Shown: piece by piece, positions 9,606 through 20,656 of the stretch
How the letters are laid out: each line of letters begins with the position of its first letter
Position numbering within the stretch: position 1 is the first letter of the stretch
Source of the DNA: an uncultured cyanobacterium
GTDB lineage: Bacteria > Cyanobacteriota > Cyanobacteriia > Phormidesmidales > Phormidesmidaceae
Reading direction: 5' to 3'
Length of the DNA: 64,000 bases
NCBI GenBank assembly: GCA_963793265.1
Contig: CAWBZI010000005.1
Location: 64,001-128,000, forward strand
Notes under the pieces: model-generated
The model's input: the letters and a program-made list of their open reading frames with translations, nothing else
What the model was told of the DNA's origin: nothing
Database searches by the model: none
Position numbers and translations under genes: made by a program

Positions 9606-10205
9606 ATGACGGTTGCCAAAAACAAACCCATGACCCTGGAGGAGTATCTGAGCTACGACGATGGCACTGATACCCGCTACGAGTTGATAGACGGGATACT
9701 GGTAGAGATGAGTGCTGAGAGCGATATCAACATAGTCATTGCAACGTTCTTGATTGTTATGCTCGCGCAAGCAGCACCCTATTACTGCATCAGAAAAGGC
9801 ACAGAGATTGTAGTTGAGGGAAGCCGGGCGAATACACGAATTCCTGATTTGCTTGTGTTGAGTGAAGAAGGCGCAGATAGGCTTGCTGGAAAAAGGCGAT
9901 CGCTCATCACCCTCGACATGCCCGCCCCTCGCTTAGTCGTAGAAGTCGTCTCTAGCAGTGATACCGACAAGCAGTCGAGAGAAAGGGACTACACGAGCAA
10001 GCGCCAAGAATATGCTCAGCGAGATATCTCAGAATATTGGATTGTCGATCCGATTGCGGATGTCATTGTGGTGCTCAATCTCATGGAAGACAGCTACCAA
10101 GCACAAGAATTTACAGGCGATCAGTCGCTAGTTTCAGCCGAGTTTCCTAACTTGCAGCTCAGTGCAGCGCAGGTATTACAAGCAGGCAGCCGTCGCGAAT
10201 CATAA
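9606..10205 (+). CDS. Uma2 family (DUF820) endonuclease-like protein
   Basis: RYELIDG, PDLLV, LVVEVVS, K..EY...EYWIVDP. Confidence 0.9.
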   Translation: MTVAKNKPMTLEEYLSYDDGTDTRYELIDGILVEMSAESDINIVIATFLIVMLAQAAPYYCIRKGTEIVVEGSRANTRIPDLLVLSEEGADRLAGKRRSLITLDMPAPRLVVEVVSSSDTDKQSRERDYTSKRQEYAQRDISEYWIVDPIADVIVVLNLMEDSYQAQEFTGDQSLVSAEFPNLQLSAAQVLQAGSRRES

Positions 10206-10247
10206 CAAAAACTAGGGAGAAAGACCTGCCGCCTTTGCCCGTAGAAG

Positions 10248-10256
10248 TGTTACTAT
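10248..10256 (+). promoter_or_regulatory. Extended -10 promoter (TGtTACTAT) for ffs
   Basis: Located 6-7 nt upstream of the predicted SRP RNA 5' end. Confidence 0.55.
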
Positions 10257-10262
10257 AGCAGT

Positions 10263-10356
10263 GGCTCGGACTCATGCAATCACAACGCCCAAATCTTGTC
10301 AGGACCGGAAGGTAGCAGCAATACGGGATGCTTGTGATAGGCGTGGACTCCGGGCC
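10263..10356 (+). ncRNA. ffs: Signal recognition particle 4.5S RNA
   Basis: Conserved TCAGGACCGGAAGGTAGCAGC core; pairing termini GGCTCGGA/TCCGGGCC followed by a T-tract. Confidence 0.95.
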
Positions 10357-10519
10357 TTTTTGTTTTTAAAGCTGGCATCCCCTGTAAATCGCAGCTAACG
10401 CGCAGCGGGTTAAACCTACCTTTCTTAGGCGGTTATCGCGCTGGTCGAGTGAGCTAGTTTCTATCTATCCTATAGGCATCGTTAAGCAGCTTTTTAGAGT
10501 AGTTAGGAGCAAAGAACCG

Positions 10520-10888
10520 ATGGCAGGCTTTGGCAATTTGGTGCAAAAGGCGTTTTATCTGGGTGTAGGCATTGCCTCCTATGCCGGAGAGAAAGCAGGC
10601 AGCGCGCTAGGCGATCTTCGTTCTCAGGCTCAGAAGCTAGTTGATGAGCTAGTAGAGCGCGGTGAGCTGAGTGCTGATGAAGCGCAGAAAATGATGAACG
10701 ATATGTTGGCACGGGCTGAAGCAGCGGCGGTCGTAGAACCCGAATCGACAGGCTCTCAAACCGACAGCGGCCCCCGGCAAATCCAAATTTTAGACGACAG
10801 CGAATCGCTCACTGAAGAAGAGCGTCAGGCTGAAGCACTCCGCAAAGAAGTTGAAAATTTGCGTCAAGAACTGAAAAATCTCAAGTAA
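10520..10888 (+). CDS. Phasin/PhaF-like small coiled-coil protein
   Basis: KAFYLGVGIA...LVDELVERGEL pattern. Confidence 0.7.
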   Translation: MAGFGNLVQKAFYLGVGIASYAGEKAGSALGDLRSQAQKLVDELVERGELSADEAQKMMNDMLARAEAAAVVEPESTGSQTDSGPRQIQILDDSESLTEEERQAEALRKEVENLRQELKNLK

Positions 10889-10993
10889 GCTATTTTCCGA
10901 ACCTGCTTACGCTGAACTGGCTACATTTGAACCGTAGTCTTTAGGCGATCAAAGCAAATTATTAAAAGCATCGAAATCAAGGGCATTGGAACT

Positions 10994-11437
10994 ATGGACG
11001 ACTGGTTAAAGCAGTTGCAAGACACACTGAATTCAGCCGCTCGCGACTCCAGCGACTGGTGGGCTGAAGTTTCTGAAGAGGCTAACCAGGCCGCTGAAGC
11101 TTTGGAGCAAACCTCTACAGCCGCATTTCAAGAGATTCAGGCGGCGATAGAGCCGGTCGTTAATGAGATTGGCGATCAGGTAGAAAGCAGTTTAGAAACT
11201 AGCTTTGTTTTCATCGAAGCGCGCGTGATTCCCTGGCTTCAACAAACGACCGCGCCGATTACACATACCGTTAACCCCTGGCTACAGCATCATCCAACCT
11301 GCATTGGCTGCAAAAACTATCACGGGTCTACCTATGGTGAGAACACGCTGGTTTGTGGAATGCATCCCTATGGGCCAGATGATGATAGCTGCGCTGACTG
11401 GGAGTCAGTTTGGACAGAGAATTCAGACGTGTCCTAA
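10994..11437 (+). CDS. Hypothetical protein with C-terminal Cys/His motif
   Basis: CIGCKNYHG...CGMHPYG...C. Confidence 0.65.
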   Translation: MDDWLKQLQDTLNSAARDSSDWWAEVSEEANQAAEALEQTSTAAFQEIQAAIEPVVNEIGDQVESSLETSFVFIEARVIPWLQQTTAPITHTVNPWLQHHPTCIGCKNYHGSTYGENTLVCGMHPYGPDDDSCADWESVWTENSDVS

Positions 11438-11438
11438 G

Positions 11439-12257
11439 CTAGGCGTTTTCTAGCAGCCGGTAGAAGTGACCTACCGGCCCCTGGCCCTTGCCGATTGAAA
11501 GAGAGTGCTGTAGTGCCTTTGTGACGTAGCTTTTGGCCTGCTGAACGGCAGCTCGTGGTTCGATGCCTTTGGCGAGGTTAGCTGCGATCGCACTAGAAAG
11601 CGTACACCCCGTCCCATGCGTATTGTCCGTATCTACTGGCTCTACACGCAGCACTTCCATCTGCTCACCGTCATACCAAACGTCTACACCACGCAGCTCG
11701 CCTTTAAAGCCGCCGCCTTTAATAATCACGGCCTTTGGCCCTAACGCCTGAATCCTCTTCGCTGCCGTTTGCATATCAGCCAGCGTCGTAATTTCCATAC
11801 CGGCTAAAATCTGAGCCTCGTATCGGTTAGGCGTCAAGATAGCGGCTAAAGGAAGGAGTTTTTTTGTCAGGGACGCGATCGCCGCTTCAGCAATCAACGT
11901 ATCGCCTGTCCGCGACACCATCACCGGATCAACCACTAGCTGAGGAATCGGCTGAGCCTGCAAATGCTCGGCAACGGCTTCAATAATCGCCTGGTTCAGC
12001 AGCATCCCAGTTTTCGCGGCCTGCACGCCAATATCGCTCGTCACCGCTTCAATCTGAGCGATTACCGCTTCAGGCGGCAGCGCATCCACACGCATCACAC
12101 CCACAGTATTCTGTGCGGTTACACAGGTAAGTGCGCTCGTCCCATGCACCTCATGAAACGAAAACGTTCGTAAATCTGCCTGAATACCAGCCCCACCGCC
12201 GCTATCAGAGCCCGCAATGGTCAGCGCTACAGGAACAGCCGGGCGCGCTGACATCAT
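11439..12257 (-). CDS. thiD: Hydroxymethylpyrimidine/phosphomethylpyrimidine kinase
   Basis: [31 protein letters not shown] overlap with the ftsZ stop. Confidence 0.97.
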   Translation of the reverse strand: MMSARPAVPVALTIAGSDSGGGAGIQADLRTFSFHEVHGTSALTCVTAQNTVGVMRVDALPPEAVIAQIEAVTSDIGVQAAKTGMLLNQAIIEAVAEHLQAQPIPQLVVDPVMVSRTGDTLIAEAAIASLTKKLLPLAAILTPNRYEAQILAGMEITTLADMQTAAKRIQALGPKAVIIKGGGFKGELRGVDVWYDGEQMEVLRVEPVDTDNTHGTGCTLSSAIAANLAKGIEPRAAVQQAKSYVTKALQHSLSIGKGQGPVGHFYRLLENA

Positions 12258-13495
12258 CGGTTACGGCGACGCTGCAAGAACTCAGGAATATCTAAGTTTG
12301 GCGAAATCACAGGCTGATTGGTGGCATCTTCTGGCTCACCTTCAGCAGGCGCGCTAGGCGGCGCGTCAAACGTATTACTGCCTGGCGTGCGCGTCATCGG
12401 CGTGACGCGAGCGCTGGTCATAGAAGGAATACTGCGAGCGTCACCGCTAAAGCCGGTAGCAATCACCGTAATTCTGATTTCGCCCTGCAAGCGATCGTCG
12501 ATTACCGCACCAAAGATAATATTCGCGTTGGGATCGACCGCTTCATAGATGATCTCAGCCGCCTGATTGACCTCGTGAAGGGTGAGATCGCTGCCGCCTG
12601 TAATGTTGAAGACGACGCCACCAGCACCGTCGATAGAGGTTTCGAGCAAAGGAGAAGAGGTAGCTGCGATCGCCGCTTCTCTAGCCCGAGACTTACCGGA
12701 GCCCACACCAATACCCATCAGAGCCGAACCCGCGTCGGCCATTACCGCTCTAACGTCGGCAAAGTCAACGTTCACAAGGCCCGAAATCGTGATGATGTCG
12801 GAAATACCTTGCACACCCTGACGCAGGATATCATCAGCGACTCTAAAAGCCTCCTGAACCGGCGTCTGCTCAGAAATCACCGAAAGCAGCTTGTCGTTCG
12901 GAATAATGATCAGCGTATCTACACTCGCCTGCAAGGCGGCAATACCGCTTTCAGCCTGAGAGGTACGACGACGCCCTTCAAAGGTAAACGGGCGGGTCAC
13001 CACGCCCACCGTCAGCGCGCCCGCTTCTTTAGCAGCTTCAGCCACCACAGGCGCAGCGCCCGTACCTGTACCACCACCCATACCGGCAGTAATGAACACA
13101 AGGTCAGAGCCTTCTACAGCCTGGAAAATTTCGTCGCGCGATTCTTCAGCCGCTTTTTGCCCAATTGAAGGATTGCCGCCTGCGCCCAGCCCGCGCGTCA
13201 GCTTTTGACCGAGCTGCATCGCATTCGTCGTCGATGAATAGGTCAGCGCTTGAGCATCCGTATTTACAGTCCAAAACTCAATGCCCGCTAGGCCGCTATC
13301 GATCATTCGATTGACCGCATTGCAGCCGCCGCCGCCAACACCGATGACCTTAATTCTGGCAACGCTACTTGGAATGATATCTGCGCTCATCGGCCTCTCC
13401 GCTGACATGGCACTGCCATTATTACTTGAAGCAGTCGGTTTTTCATCAGACCCATCGTTCGCATAAGAATTTGTATGAAGGGATGCGTTGTTCAT
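12254..13495 (-). CDS. ftsZ: Cell division protein FtsZ
   Basis: GGGTGTG signature; C-terminal LDIPEFL. Confidence 0.99.
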   Translation of the reverse strand: MNNASLHTNSYANDGSDEKPTASSNNGSAMSAERPMSADIIPSSVARIKVIGVGGGGCNAVNRMIDSGLAGIEFWTVNTDAQALTYSSTTNAMQLGQKLTRGLGAGGNPSIGQKAAEESRDEIFQAVEGSDLVFITAGMGGGTGTGAAPVVAEAAKEAGALTVGVVTRPFTFEGRRRTSQAESGIAALQASVDTLIIIPNDKLLSVISEQTPVQEAFRVADDILRQGVQGISDIITISGLVNVDFADVRAVMADAGSALMGIGVGSGKSRAREAAIAATSSPLLETSIDGAGGVVFNITGGSDLTLHEVNQAAEIIYEAVDPNANIIFGAVIDDRLQGEIRITVIATGFSGDARSIPSMTSARVTPMTRTPGSNTFDAPPSAPAEGEPEDATNQPVISPNLDIPEFLQRRRNR

Positions 13496-13832
13496 AGGGC
13501 GAGCTGATGGTATGGATGTGACAGGATTATGTATGAGTTAAAGAACGTCAAAACCCCCTAATCGGGATCGCTTTAGATGCACTGATGCACTTCGATCATT
13601 CTTTGGTGAGAAATTATAAAGTGTAAAGCAAGAAGCTTCTCATTAGACAATATAAAAGATATTGTTCCTCTGATTCATCTAGATTTTTGAGAATAGCACC
13701 CTTCATACGGAGCGTTTGCCCTGCGCAAGATAGATTGAGTTGACTTAATAGATTGAGTCAACTATAGGGGAACCTGCTAAAAAAGCCAAACGCTACGGGC
13801 GATCGGGCCGCTGTCATGATTTCTGTGCCTTT

Positions 13833-14705
13833 TTAGGGTACGCCCAGGGCAGGATCTGGCGAGGTTCCTGTCGCTTGTAATATTTCGACTACTGGATGCT
13901 CAGGATCTTGCAGATCTATGTAGGCAACTTTTTCGGGATTGACTTTGGTTTTGAGCGATCGCATCTGATCTAAAGCGGCGAGCTGCCCTTCAAACTGCTT
14001 GCCATAGGGGCCAACATGCACCTTACCAAACTCGGTGATTAAAATGACGTTGCTTGGGTGAGTCCAGTCAACTGCCGTCACCACAACCGGGCTGCGTTGC
14101 AGGCTCGCATACATGGTGCGCCAAGCCGATCGATAGTTCGCTCTCATACCCCGCACTGCTAGATCAGGCGGGTTGGCCACCGCGCCTAAGTCGCGAAAGC
14201 TATCGCGTGGCATCCAATTGCCCTCGGCGTCAATCAGTCCGGGTTCTTTAAAGGGCACTGACCGGTCAGCAATAGTTTTAATAGGCTTCGTGGTATCAGG
14301 CAGCGCCACCGCTACAGGCACCCGCTCGCGAATATTTACCTGTAGTCCAGGTGGGAGCAACCGGCGGCTCACTGTAGCGCTTTCAATCGAATCGTAAGTA
14401 GCCAGGGCATCAGCTAGCTCATTTGTTTTTACCTGTATTAAAGACTGAGGGTAGGGTAGCAGCAGCAAATCTTGAACGTTCTTATCAGAGAGCAGTTGGT
14501 TGTCTTTAACGACGATCTGCTGGGGGCTGCGAATGAGCCATATCGGTGAAGTGGCTAGCCAAACAGTGCTGGCCGCTAGCCCTAACATGGCTAGCGATCG
14601 CCACGCGCCCTTATAAAAGGTAAACCGCCGCTTATCGCGGAGGTACTGTCTACGTCGGGCCAGCTCTTGAGCAGACGGCGCACGTGATCGAGAAGGCAAA
14701 GGCAT
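13833..14705 (-). CDS. ftsQ: Cell division protein FtsQ/DivIB
   Basis: Single TM, POTRA-like region, YIDL near the C-terminus; lies upstream of ftsZ. Confidence 0.9.
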   Translation of the reverse strand: MPLPSRSRAPSAQELARRRQYLRDKRRFTFYKGAWRSLAMLGLAASTVWLATSPIWLIRSPQQIVVKDNQLLSDKNVQDLLLLPYPQSLIQVKTNELADALATYDSIESATVSRRLLPPGLQVNIRERVPVAVALPDTTKPIKTIADRSVPFKEPGLIDAEGNWMPRDSFRDLGAVANPPDLAVRGMRANYRSAWRTMYASLQRSPVVVTAVDWTHPSNVILITEFGKVHVGPYGKQFEGQLAALDQMRSLKTKVNPEKVAYIDLQDPEHPVVEILQATGTSPDPALGVP

Positions 14706-14813
14706 GGTTATTTAAGAGCAGGTGTTAATACCGTTTAGCAAAGCTACCCATATCAACATAAAACACATCAAGCGTAGGTGGTGGTTTGTTATGGGCCACT
14801 ACAACAAGCGCTA

Positions 14814-15224
14814 TTAAGACAGGTTCCACTGACGGCGAAGAAAGGCTAGCCACTGAGCCGCCATTTCTCCATCTGTAAAAGGAACGCTGAGGTGATGGCC
14901 ATCTTCGAGCGTAAAGCCGAGTGCAAACCGTCCCTTACGAGGCAAATTATCAGGATCGACCGGCTTAGCATCTACCTCAAGCGTCGCCTGCTTCACCTCT
15001 TTTAAGTTCAAAGTACTCGCTTCGATCACACCCTGCCGGGTCGGTGGCCCCCAGGTGAGCACATCGCCCTGCTGGCCTAAGGCCGCATAGATATCGTACT
15101 TAGCCCGCTCAAACGACTGAGCCCACAGCTTATAAGCTTCTAGCTTGCGGTATTCATTCCAGCCCGCCCAGGTCAGGCCAATAAACATCGCCAGCAGCGG
15201 TAGCCATAGCAACCCTCGAACCAT
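14814..15224 (-). CDS. Conserved hypothetical protein with N-terminal TM
   Basis: GLLWLPLL...AGWNEY...AKYDIYA. Confidence 0.75.
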   Translation of the reverse strand: MVRGLLWLPLLAMFIGLTWAGWNEYRKLEAYKLWAQSFERAKYDIYAALGQQGDVLTWGPPTRQGVIEASTLNLKEVKQATLEVDAKPVDPDNLPRKGRFALGFTLEDGHHLSVPFTDGEMAAQWLAFLRRQWNLS

Positions 15225-15371
15225 CAGGGGCTCCTCTTAAATTAATTAGCGAATAGTTGAGTGATAGATGAATGTTAACTCTTACAAAGAATGGCTGCTC
15301 ATTCAAGATCTCGATCTCCATCATCGTGAAAGATGAGTGACAGTGAACATTTTCTTTGAGAGGGTTTATCG

Positions 15372-15629
15372 ATGTTTCCAACTTTATTAGCCGTTCAATC
15401 AACCGTTCCTCACACCGCAGAGTGGGGCCCCAACGTTGCTGTTGTGATGATTATTTGCAACATCTTAGTATTTTTCATCGGCAAGCAGGTTATCCGAATT
15501 CCTGATGCTGGCCCTGCGGGTGGCGTCTTCTTAGGCTTGGGTTTACCAGCGCTGCTAGCCGTTACTAGCCTGGGTCACTTGGTTGGCGTCGGTGCTATTT
15601 TGGGCCTAGCTAACCTCGGCGTGTTGTAG
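15372..15629 (+). CDS. psaK: Photosystem I subunit PsaK
   Basis: VMIICN...LLAVTSLGHLVGVGAILGL. Confidence 0.95.
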   Translation: MFPTLLAVQSTVPHTAEWGPNVAVVMIICNILVFFIGKQVIRIPDAGPAGGVFLGLGLPALLAVTSLGHLVGVGAILGLANLGVL

Positions 15630-15680
15630 CGCTATCAGTTACAAGTAGACCTGACTCGACAACCGCTCAGCGCAAGCTGC

Positions 15681-15721
15681 TAATAAGCGCCTAAATCTAT
15701 CGCAGATTCAGGCGCTTATTA
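15681..15721. terminator. Bidirectional hairpin between convergent psaK and thioredoxin-like gene
   Basis: TAATAAGCGCCT...AGGCGCTTATTA. Confidence 0.75.
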
Positions 15722-15759
15722 CTTGCAAGAGCATTAAGCGTTGAGTTTATCCATCTCGG

Positions 15760-16071
15760 CTAGCTTTCGCCTACGACCGCTTGAAGGCGCTTGCGAAATT
15801 CGCCTTTGGGATGACCACCTTTGACCTCACCAATCACAGAAAATTCGCCTTCTGGATCGTCACAAATAATGTAGGTAGGCCAGCCCATTTCAGCTTTATC
15901 AGGATACTGGTTGAGCAGTACCTTACGATATTTGCGATAGGTTGCCGTATCCTGCATTTTAATATCAACGAAGTCCAGGTTTAGCTCTTTAGCAACTTTT
16001 TCGTCATAGAAGGCCATTTTGTGACAGATACCGCAGTCTTCTGACGAAAATTTGAGAACAGATCGTGGCAT
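15760..16071 (-). CDS. Thioredoxin-fold protein
   Basis: CGIC motif; GWPTY cis-Pro loop. Confidence 0.8.
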   Translation of the reverse strand: MPRSVLKFSSEDCGICHKMAFYDEKVAKELNLDFVDIKMQDTATYRKYRKVLLNQYPDKAEMGWPTYIICDDPEGEFSVIGEVKGGHPKGEFRKRLQAVVGES

Positions 16072-16126
16072 GGGCCATTGAATACGTAAAAGAACCCCTT
16101 CATCATAAAGGCTCTTATCAACTCTT

Positions 16127-16618
16127 ATGATCGCAATTTATCCCGGTAGTTTTGATCCGATTACGCTAGGACATTTTGATATCATCACACGGGGCAGTAA
16201 GCTCTACGAACAAGTGATCGTTGTGGTTTCTCGGAATCCGACGAAAAGCCCGCTGTTTACTGTTGAGGAAAGAATCGCTCAGATTAAAAAGACAACGCAG
16301 CATTTGAGCAATGTAGAAATTGATAGCTTTGACGGGTTGACGGTGACCTATGCCAAAGCGCGTCAGGCAAAAGTGCTCTTAAGAGGACTACGGGTGCTTT
16401 CGGACTTTGAGAAAGAACTGCAAATGGCGCATACTAATAAAACTTTATCTGACGATATTGAGACTGTTTTTTTAGCAACGTCTACGGAATACGGCTTTTT
16501 GAGCAGTAGTTTAGTCAAAGAAATTGCTAAGTTTGGTGGCCCGATCGACCATTTGGTGCCCCAACATGTCGCTTTAGATGTTGAGAAGTGTTACGGAAAG
16601 TCCGTCTTTAAACAATAA
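16127..16618 (+). CDS. coaD: Phosphopantetheine adenylyltransferase
   Basis: [28 protein letters not shown]. Confidence 0.97.
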   Translation: MIAIYPGSFDPITLGHFDIITRGSKLYEQVIVVVSRNPTKSPLFTVEERIAQIKKTTQHLSNVEIDSFDGLTVTYAKARQAKVLLRGLRVLSDFEKELQMAHTNKTLSDDIETVFLATSTEYGFLSSSLVKEIAKFGGPIDHLVPQHVALDVEKCYGKSVFKQ

Positions 16619-16731
16619 TAGAGAAGGATGGGCAGTTTGCTCCGGTTTGCTCCAGGCTCAGCGGCTAGGCGATCGCCTCGTAATATGGGTCATGAAATCT
16701 TCCTTGGAAATCTCTCAATCAAAACAATTTT

Positions 16732-17505
16732 GTGAATACTCCTGCAACTGGCGAATACTACAAAGATTCAGCGCCCGAGCGCTTTAATATTCAGCAAGAG
16801 CTGGATCGAATCGAGGAAATTGTACTTGAAAGCCCTCGGGTTCCTGGATTTGGGAAAACGATGGTGTCTGAGGACGAGCTGCTCGATCAGCTTGACGTGG
16901 TGCGCGTAAATTTGCCAGCGGCGGTGCAAGAGTCGGTGCAAATTGTGCAGCAGCGCGAAGAAATTTTGGTAGAAGCTGAGCAGTATGCTCAAGAAATTGT
17001 GGCCGCCGCCGAGAAGCAGGCCGCCTCTATTCTCAATGAAATGTCGATTATTCGGCAGGCTGAGGCTCAAGCTGCTCAGCTTAGAAGCACAACTGAGCAA
17101 GAGTGCGAGGCGCTGCGATCGCAAACCCTTGGCGAAATTGAGCAATTGCAGAGCCAGGCCCGCCAGGAATGGGAAGAAACCCGCACGCGGACGGTAACTG
17201 AAGCTAAGACGATTCAAGAAGACGCCGACACCTACGCCGATCAGGTGCTTGAGAATATGGAGCGGCAGTTTATGGAAATGCTGCACGTGCTGCGCAACGG
17301 TCGTCAAAAAATTCAGGGGGGGCAGTCGCTAGATGTCGAAAGCGCCACGCCCACCGCGCGGATTAATCCAGCAACGGGCAGCACCGTGAGGCCAAGCGAT
17401 CGCCCGCTGCTCAGCCGCCGGGAGGCCACCGCTACCCCGCGCCCACCATTGCCAGAGCAGCGCCCACCGACCTCAGAACCGCGTAATCCTCGCCAGCGGA
17501 CATAA
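16732..17505 (+). CDS. cdv3: DivIVA-like coiled-coil division protein (Cdv3); 5' end uncertain
   Basis: ELDRIEEIV..SPRVP..GKT...LLDQLD, ADTYADQVL; directly downstream of coaD. Confidence 0.75.
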   Translation: MNTPATGEYYKDSAPERFNIQQELDRIEEIVLESPRVPGFGKTMVSEDELLDQLDVVRVNLPAAVQESVQIVQQREEILVEAEQYAQEIVAAAEKQAASILNEMSIIRQAEAQAAQLRSTTEQECEALRSQTLGEIEQLQSQARQEWEETRTRTVTEAKTIQEDADTYADQVLENMERQFMEMLHVLRNGRQKIQGGQSLDVESATPTARINPATGSTVRPSDRPLLSRREATATPRPPLPEQRPPTSEPRNPRQRT

Positions 17506-17512
17506 CCCGACC

Positions 17513-18136
17513 ATGATTGGCTACGTCAAGGGCTTTTTAGCCGACAGTCAAAAGCTTCCCAATGGCCGAATCATCCTCACCGTTGATGTCGGCGGCATTG
17601 GCTACGATATGCAGATCAACCCACGGGCGCTCAGCGAGCTACCGCCTGTAGGCGATCCCGTGCAGATTTTTACGCATCTGCAGACTCGCGAAGACTTGCA
17701 GGTGCTCTTTGGCTTTGGGAGTAAGGCTGAACGTGATGTGTTTCGGCTGCTGATTTCGGTGAGCGGCATAGGCCCGCAGATGGGCATGGCGCTATTGGAT
17801 ACGCTAGGGCTAAATGACCTTATCCAATCTGTAATTAACGCCAATGCGCGGGTGCTTTCCCAAACGCCAGGCGTAGGGAACAAGACAGCTGAGCGAATAA
17901 TTTTAGAGCTTAAGACGAAGCTGGGCGAATGGCGTCGGCACTTTGGGCTGGTAGCTCCTACTGGAGGCCCGGTGTCTGGCGTGCAAGAAGACGTAGAAAT
18001 TATGCTGATGGCTTTGGGCTACACCAGCAATGAAATTAGCGAGGCTTTGATAGCCGTTGGCAATAAGAGCGCTTTGAATAAGAACGATGATGCTGAGGCT
18101 TGGATCCGAGAGGCCATAGCCTGGCTCAGTCGCTGA
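17513..18136 (+). CDS. ruvA: Holliday junction branch migration protein RuvA
   Basis: HhH motifs SVSGIGP and PGVGNKTAERI. Confidence 0.97.
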   Translation: MIGYVKGFLADSQKLPNGRIILTVDVGGIGYDMQINPRALSELPPVGDPVQIFTHLQTREDLQVLFGFGSKAERDVFRLLISVSGIGPQMGMALLDTLGLNDLIQSVINANARVLSQTPGVGNKTAERIILELKTKLGEWRRHFGLVAPTGGPVSGVQEDVEIMLMALGYTSNEISEALIAVGNKSALNKNDDAEAWIREAIAWLSR

Positions 18137-18169
18137 GTTGCTGACCCCCACCCCGTCGCTACACGCCTC

Positions 18170-18694
18170 CTACTCAGCCGCATCAGCCGGGGCTGCTTCG
18201 GTTTCTGCCGTCGGATCAGCCGCCGGTTCAGGTTGAGTCTGAACGTCAGCATCGGCAGGCGCTTCATTGACAGTATTGACATCTGGCACGTCTATTTGCA
18301 CGTCAGGTAGACTTTCAGCGGGCGCAGCGTTGGGCCTTTCAATGATGGTTTCTCTTTCAATGACAGTCTCTCTTTGCACAGGCGGCGCTTCAGCAGGCGT
18401 AAGACTATTGTCATTGCCGCCGAGTAGAAAGTAAGCTGCGATGCCTACGCCTGCTGCGACAACAGCGATCGCAATCCCAAAAACGACACCACTTGCTGCA
18501 TTATCATTAGCCCGCGACTGAGCGATCACCCGGTCGTACTCTCTAAGATCTCTGTCTCTAAGATCTCTTTGCACGTGACTTTCATCCTGGCGACCGCGAA
18601 CGTAGCCGTCACGCTGAGCGATCTCTTCTGGGGTCGCTGGCCGACCGCGAACGCCCTTAATATTTTGTTCGTCAGGCGTATTATTAATAGCCAT
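18170..18694 (-). CDS. Hypothetical single-TM protein
   Basis: RDGYVRGR motif, one TM, acidic Pro/Ala tail; GGAG before the ATG at 18694. Confidence 0.7.
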   Translation of the reverse strand: MAINNTPDEQNIKGVRGRPATPEEIAQRDGYVRGRQDESHVQRDLRDRDLREYDRVIAQSRANDNAASGVVFGIAIAVVAAGVGIAAYFLLGGNDNSLTPAEAPPVQRETVIERETIIERPNAAPAESLPDVQIDVPDVNTVNEAPADADVQTQPEPAADPTAETEAAPADAAE

Positions 18695-18901
18695 ATTTTT
18701 TATTCTCCAAATCAACTGGCAAAAGTTCTCTTCTCGAACCAGACGAACCCTTGAAAATTCTTAAAAGCTGAGCAGCGAAAAGTTGCATGTAACCACAACA
18801 GTAACAAGGCACTCGCTGAATCTCTCTCTGACTTGGGAATGAGGTTTATGCTCAATTTTTCTAGCAATAGGTCTATTCACAAAGGCATAGAACCGCAATT
18901 C

Positions 18902-19393
18902 TTATCGATAGTTTTGGAACTGTAGGGCCATCGGCCAGTCTTCGCCTTTGATCAGCGCGATCGCCTCTTGCAAGTCATCTTTATTTTTCGCTGATATTCG
19001 CACCGAATCGCCCTGAATAGACGCCTGCACCTTTTTCAAATTATCTTTGATCAGCTTAGAAATCTTCTTGGCATCCTCTTTCTCAATGCCTTTTTTGAGC
19101 TTAATTTCTTGCCGCACCCGGCTACCGCTGGCCGTGTCGATATCGCCAAACTCAAATATCTTCATCGACAGGTTGCGCTTAGCGGCCTTAGTCTGAATTA
19201 CCACGTGCAGCGCCCTGAGCGTCATATCGCTGTCGGTTTCAATATCAATAGAATCCTCTTTAAGATCCATCTCTGTTTTAGTGTCTTTTAAGTCGTAGCG
19301 ACTTTTGACCTCGCGGCGAGCCTGGTCAAGGGCATTTACTAGCTCTTGACGATCGAAATCGCTGACAACATCGAAGGAGTAAGTAGAAGCCAT
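18902..19393 (-). CDS. yajQ: YajQ family nucleotide/c-di-GMP-binding protein
   Basis: SFDVVS...KVQASIQGD...LQFQNYR. Confidence 0.95.
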   Translation of the reverse strand: MASTYSFDVVSDFDRQELVNALDQARREVKSRYDLKDTKTEMDLKEDSIDIETDSDMTLRALHVVIQTKAAKRNLSMKIFEFGDIDTASGSRVRQEIKLKKGIEKEDAKKISKLIKDNLKKVQASIQGDSVRISAKNKDDLQEAIALIKGEDWPMALQFQNYR

Positions 19394-19447
19394 GGTAAAA
19401 AAGTATGGAACGCTTTGACAATTGATGGTTAGTTGATGGTAGTAGAC

Positions 19448-19879
19448 TTAACCCAAAGCTGCCTTACATGAGTTCAGGTATAGCGAAAAAATGCTGCTGA
19501 TGCTGATGGCCCAGGAGAGCGATCGCAAAATCGGAATGTTCAAAATGTAGAACAGCGAATAAGTCACTCGTGACGCTAGATAGGTCACAACCGAGGCCAG
19601 CACAACTTCGGCAGGCAGCCCCACCGCAAAAGCCATTAGCGCAGCCGGTGCATACAGCGCAAAAGATTCCCACGAATTTTGATGAGCCCAGGTTGCTCGC
19701 TGCGCGTACTCAGGCAGCTTGTCGAACATGGCTCGAGGTGCGCCCATATCGTAGCCGACCTGAAAGCGGCCAAAGCCTACTACAAAATAAGGAAGGTATA
19801 TGAGCGCAGCAGCAAAGGCGATGCTACACAGCAGAATGTTGGCAGGTGAAATGAAGGGAAGAGAGTAAACGATATCCAC
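19448..19879 (-). CDS. MAPEG family membrane protein
   Basis: RATWAHQNSWE motif; 4 TMs. Confidence 0.85.
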   Translation of the reverse strand: MDIVYSLPFISPANILLCSIAFAAALIYLPYFVVGFGRFQVGYDMGAPRAMFDKLPEYAQRATWAHQNSWESFALYAPAALMAFAVGLPAEVVLASVVTYLASRVTYSLFYILNIPILRSLSWAISISSIFSLYLNSCKAALG

Positions 19880-19952
19880 AAAAAAACGCTGGTTTCAGGA
19901 GCAGAAGGAAGCAAAGGAAGATGACTGAATTAAGCGTTGAAGCCACACGGCC

Positions 19953-20468
19953 CTAGTCGAAGTAAAACAGCGTTACGATCTTGCGCTGGTCTTCTGCATC
20001 TTGGCAGCTTTTCATCAGCGTTTTACTATCGTGAAAGGCAAAGCAAATTAGCTGCTGACAGCGCCCAATAATTTCCGCATTGCACATGGCGCTGGCATCG
20101 GCTAGTGGCAGCATGTCATTAGCGGCATTTTCAACCAGATTAGTGACTAAATCTAACTGCTCGCGTGACTCTCTAGGCTGCTTTTCTAAGCTCTGTGGCA
20201 AAATTACCGTTAGCAAATTAGGGTCGGCCTTCATCGCCCCCCGAATTGCCGCAGAGTTAGTGCCAGTTGCCCCAGAGGTAATCACACGGTTACCTCCGAG
20301 CACCAGGGCGTAGCTCATCAGCTCAATCAGGCGCTGGTGAGTGATGGGTACATGACGTGACCCCAAAATAGCGATGCGCTTTGAGCCCGACTGCTGAATG
20401 GTCGCAAGCTCTTGTAAAAAGTCGTCTACTTTGACGGAATCAAGCGGATTTTCGACTGACTGACTCAA
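19953..20468 (-). CDS. SLOG-superfamily (DprA/Smf-like) protein
   Basis: IAILGSRH, ITSGATGTN. Confidence 0.8.
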   Translation of the reverse strand: MSQSVENPLDSVKVDDFLQELATIQQSGSKRIAILGSRHVPITHQRLIELMSYALVLGGNRVITSGATGTNSAAIRGAMKADPNLLTVILPQSLEKQPRESREQLDLVTNLVENAANDMLPLADASAMCNAEIIGRCQQLICFAFHDSKTLMKSCQDAEDQRKIVTLFYFD

Positions 20469-20656
20469 TGGTTATCTTGGGGGTAAAGAATCAAAATGTC
20501 TCGTAATCTTACCAAACCCTTGAAAGAAGTGATACTTCGGTGACACAAAAGTAAGCCTGCGGCCTAAAACCTTTGGTTCACAAGCTTTTCAAAGTCACTT
20601 TGGCTCTAGTTGAGGACGCTGTGTTCATCAAAAAGTTGCATAATCGCCCGCAAACC

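Noticed and set aside
9606..10205. Uma2 gene as part of a restriction or defence system
   Set aside because: Uma2/DUF820 genes are very common solitary paralogues in cyanobacteria; no methylase or partner is adjacent
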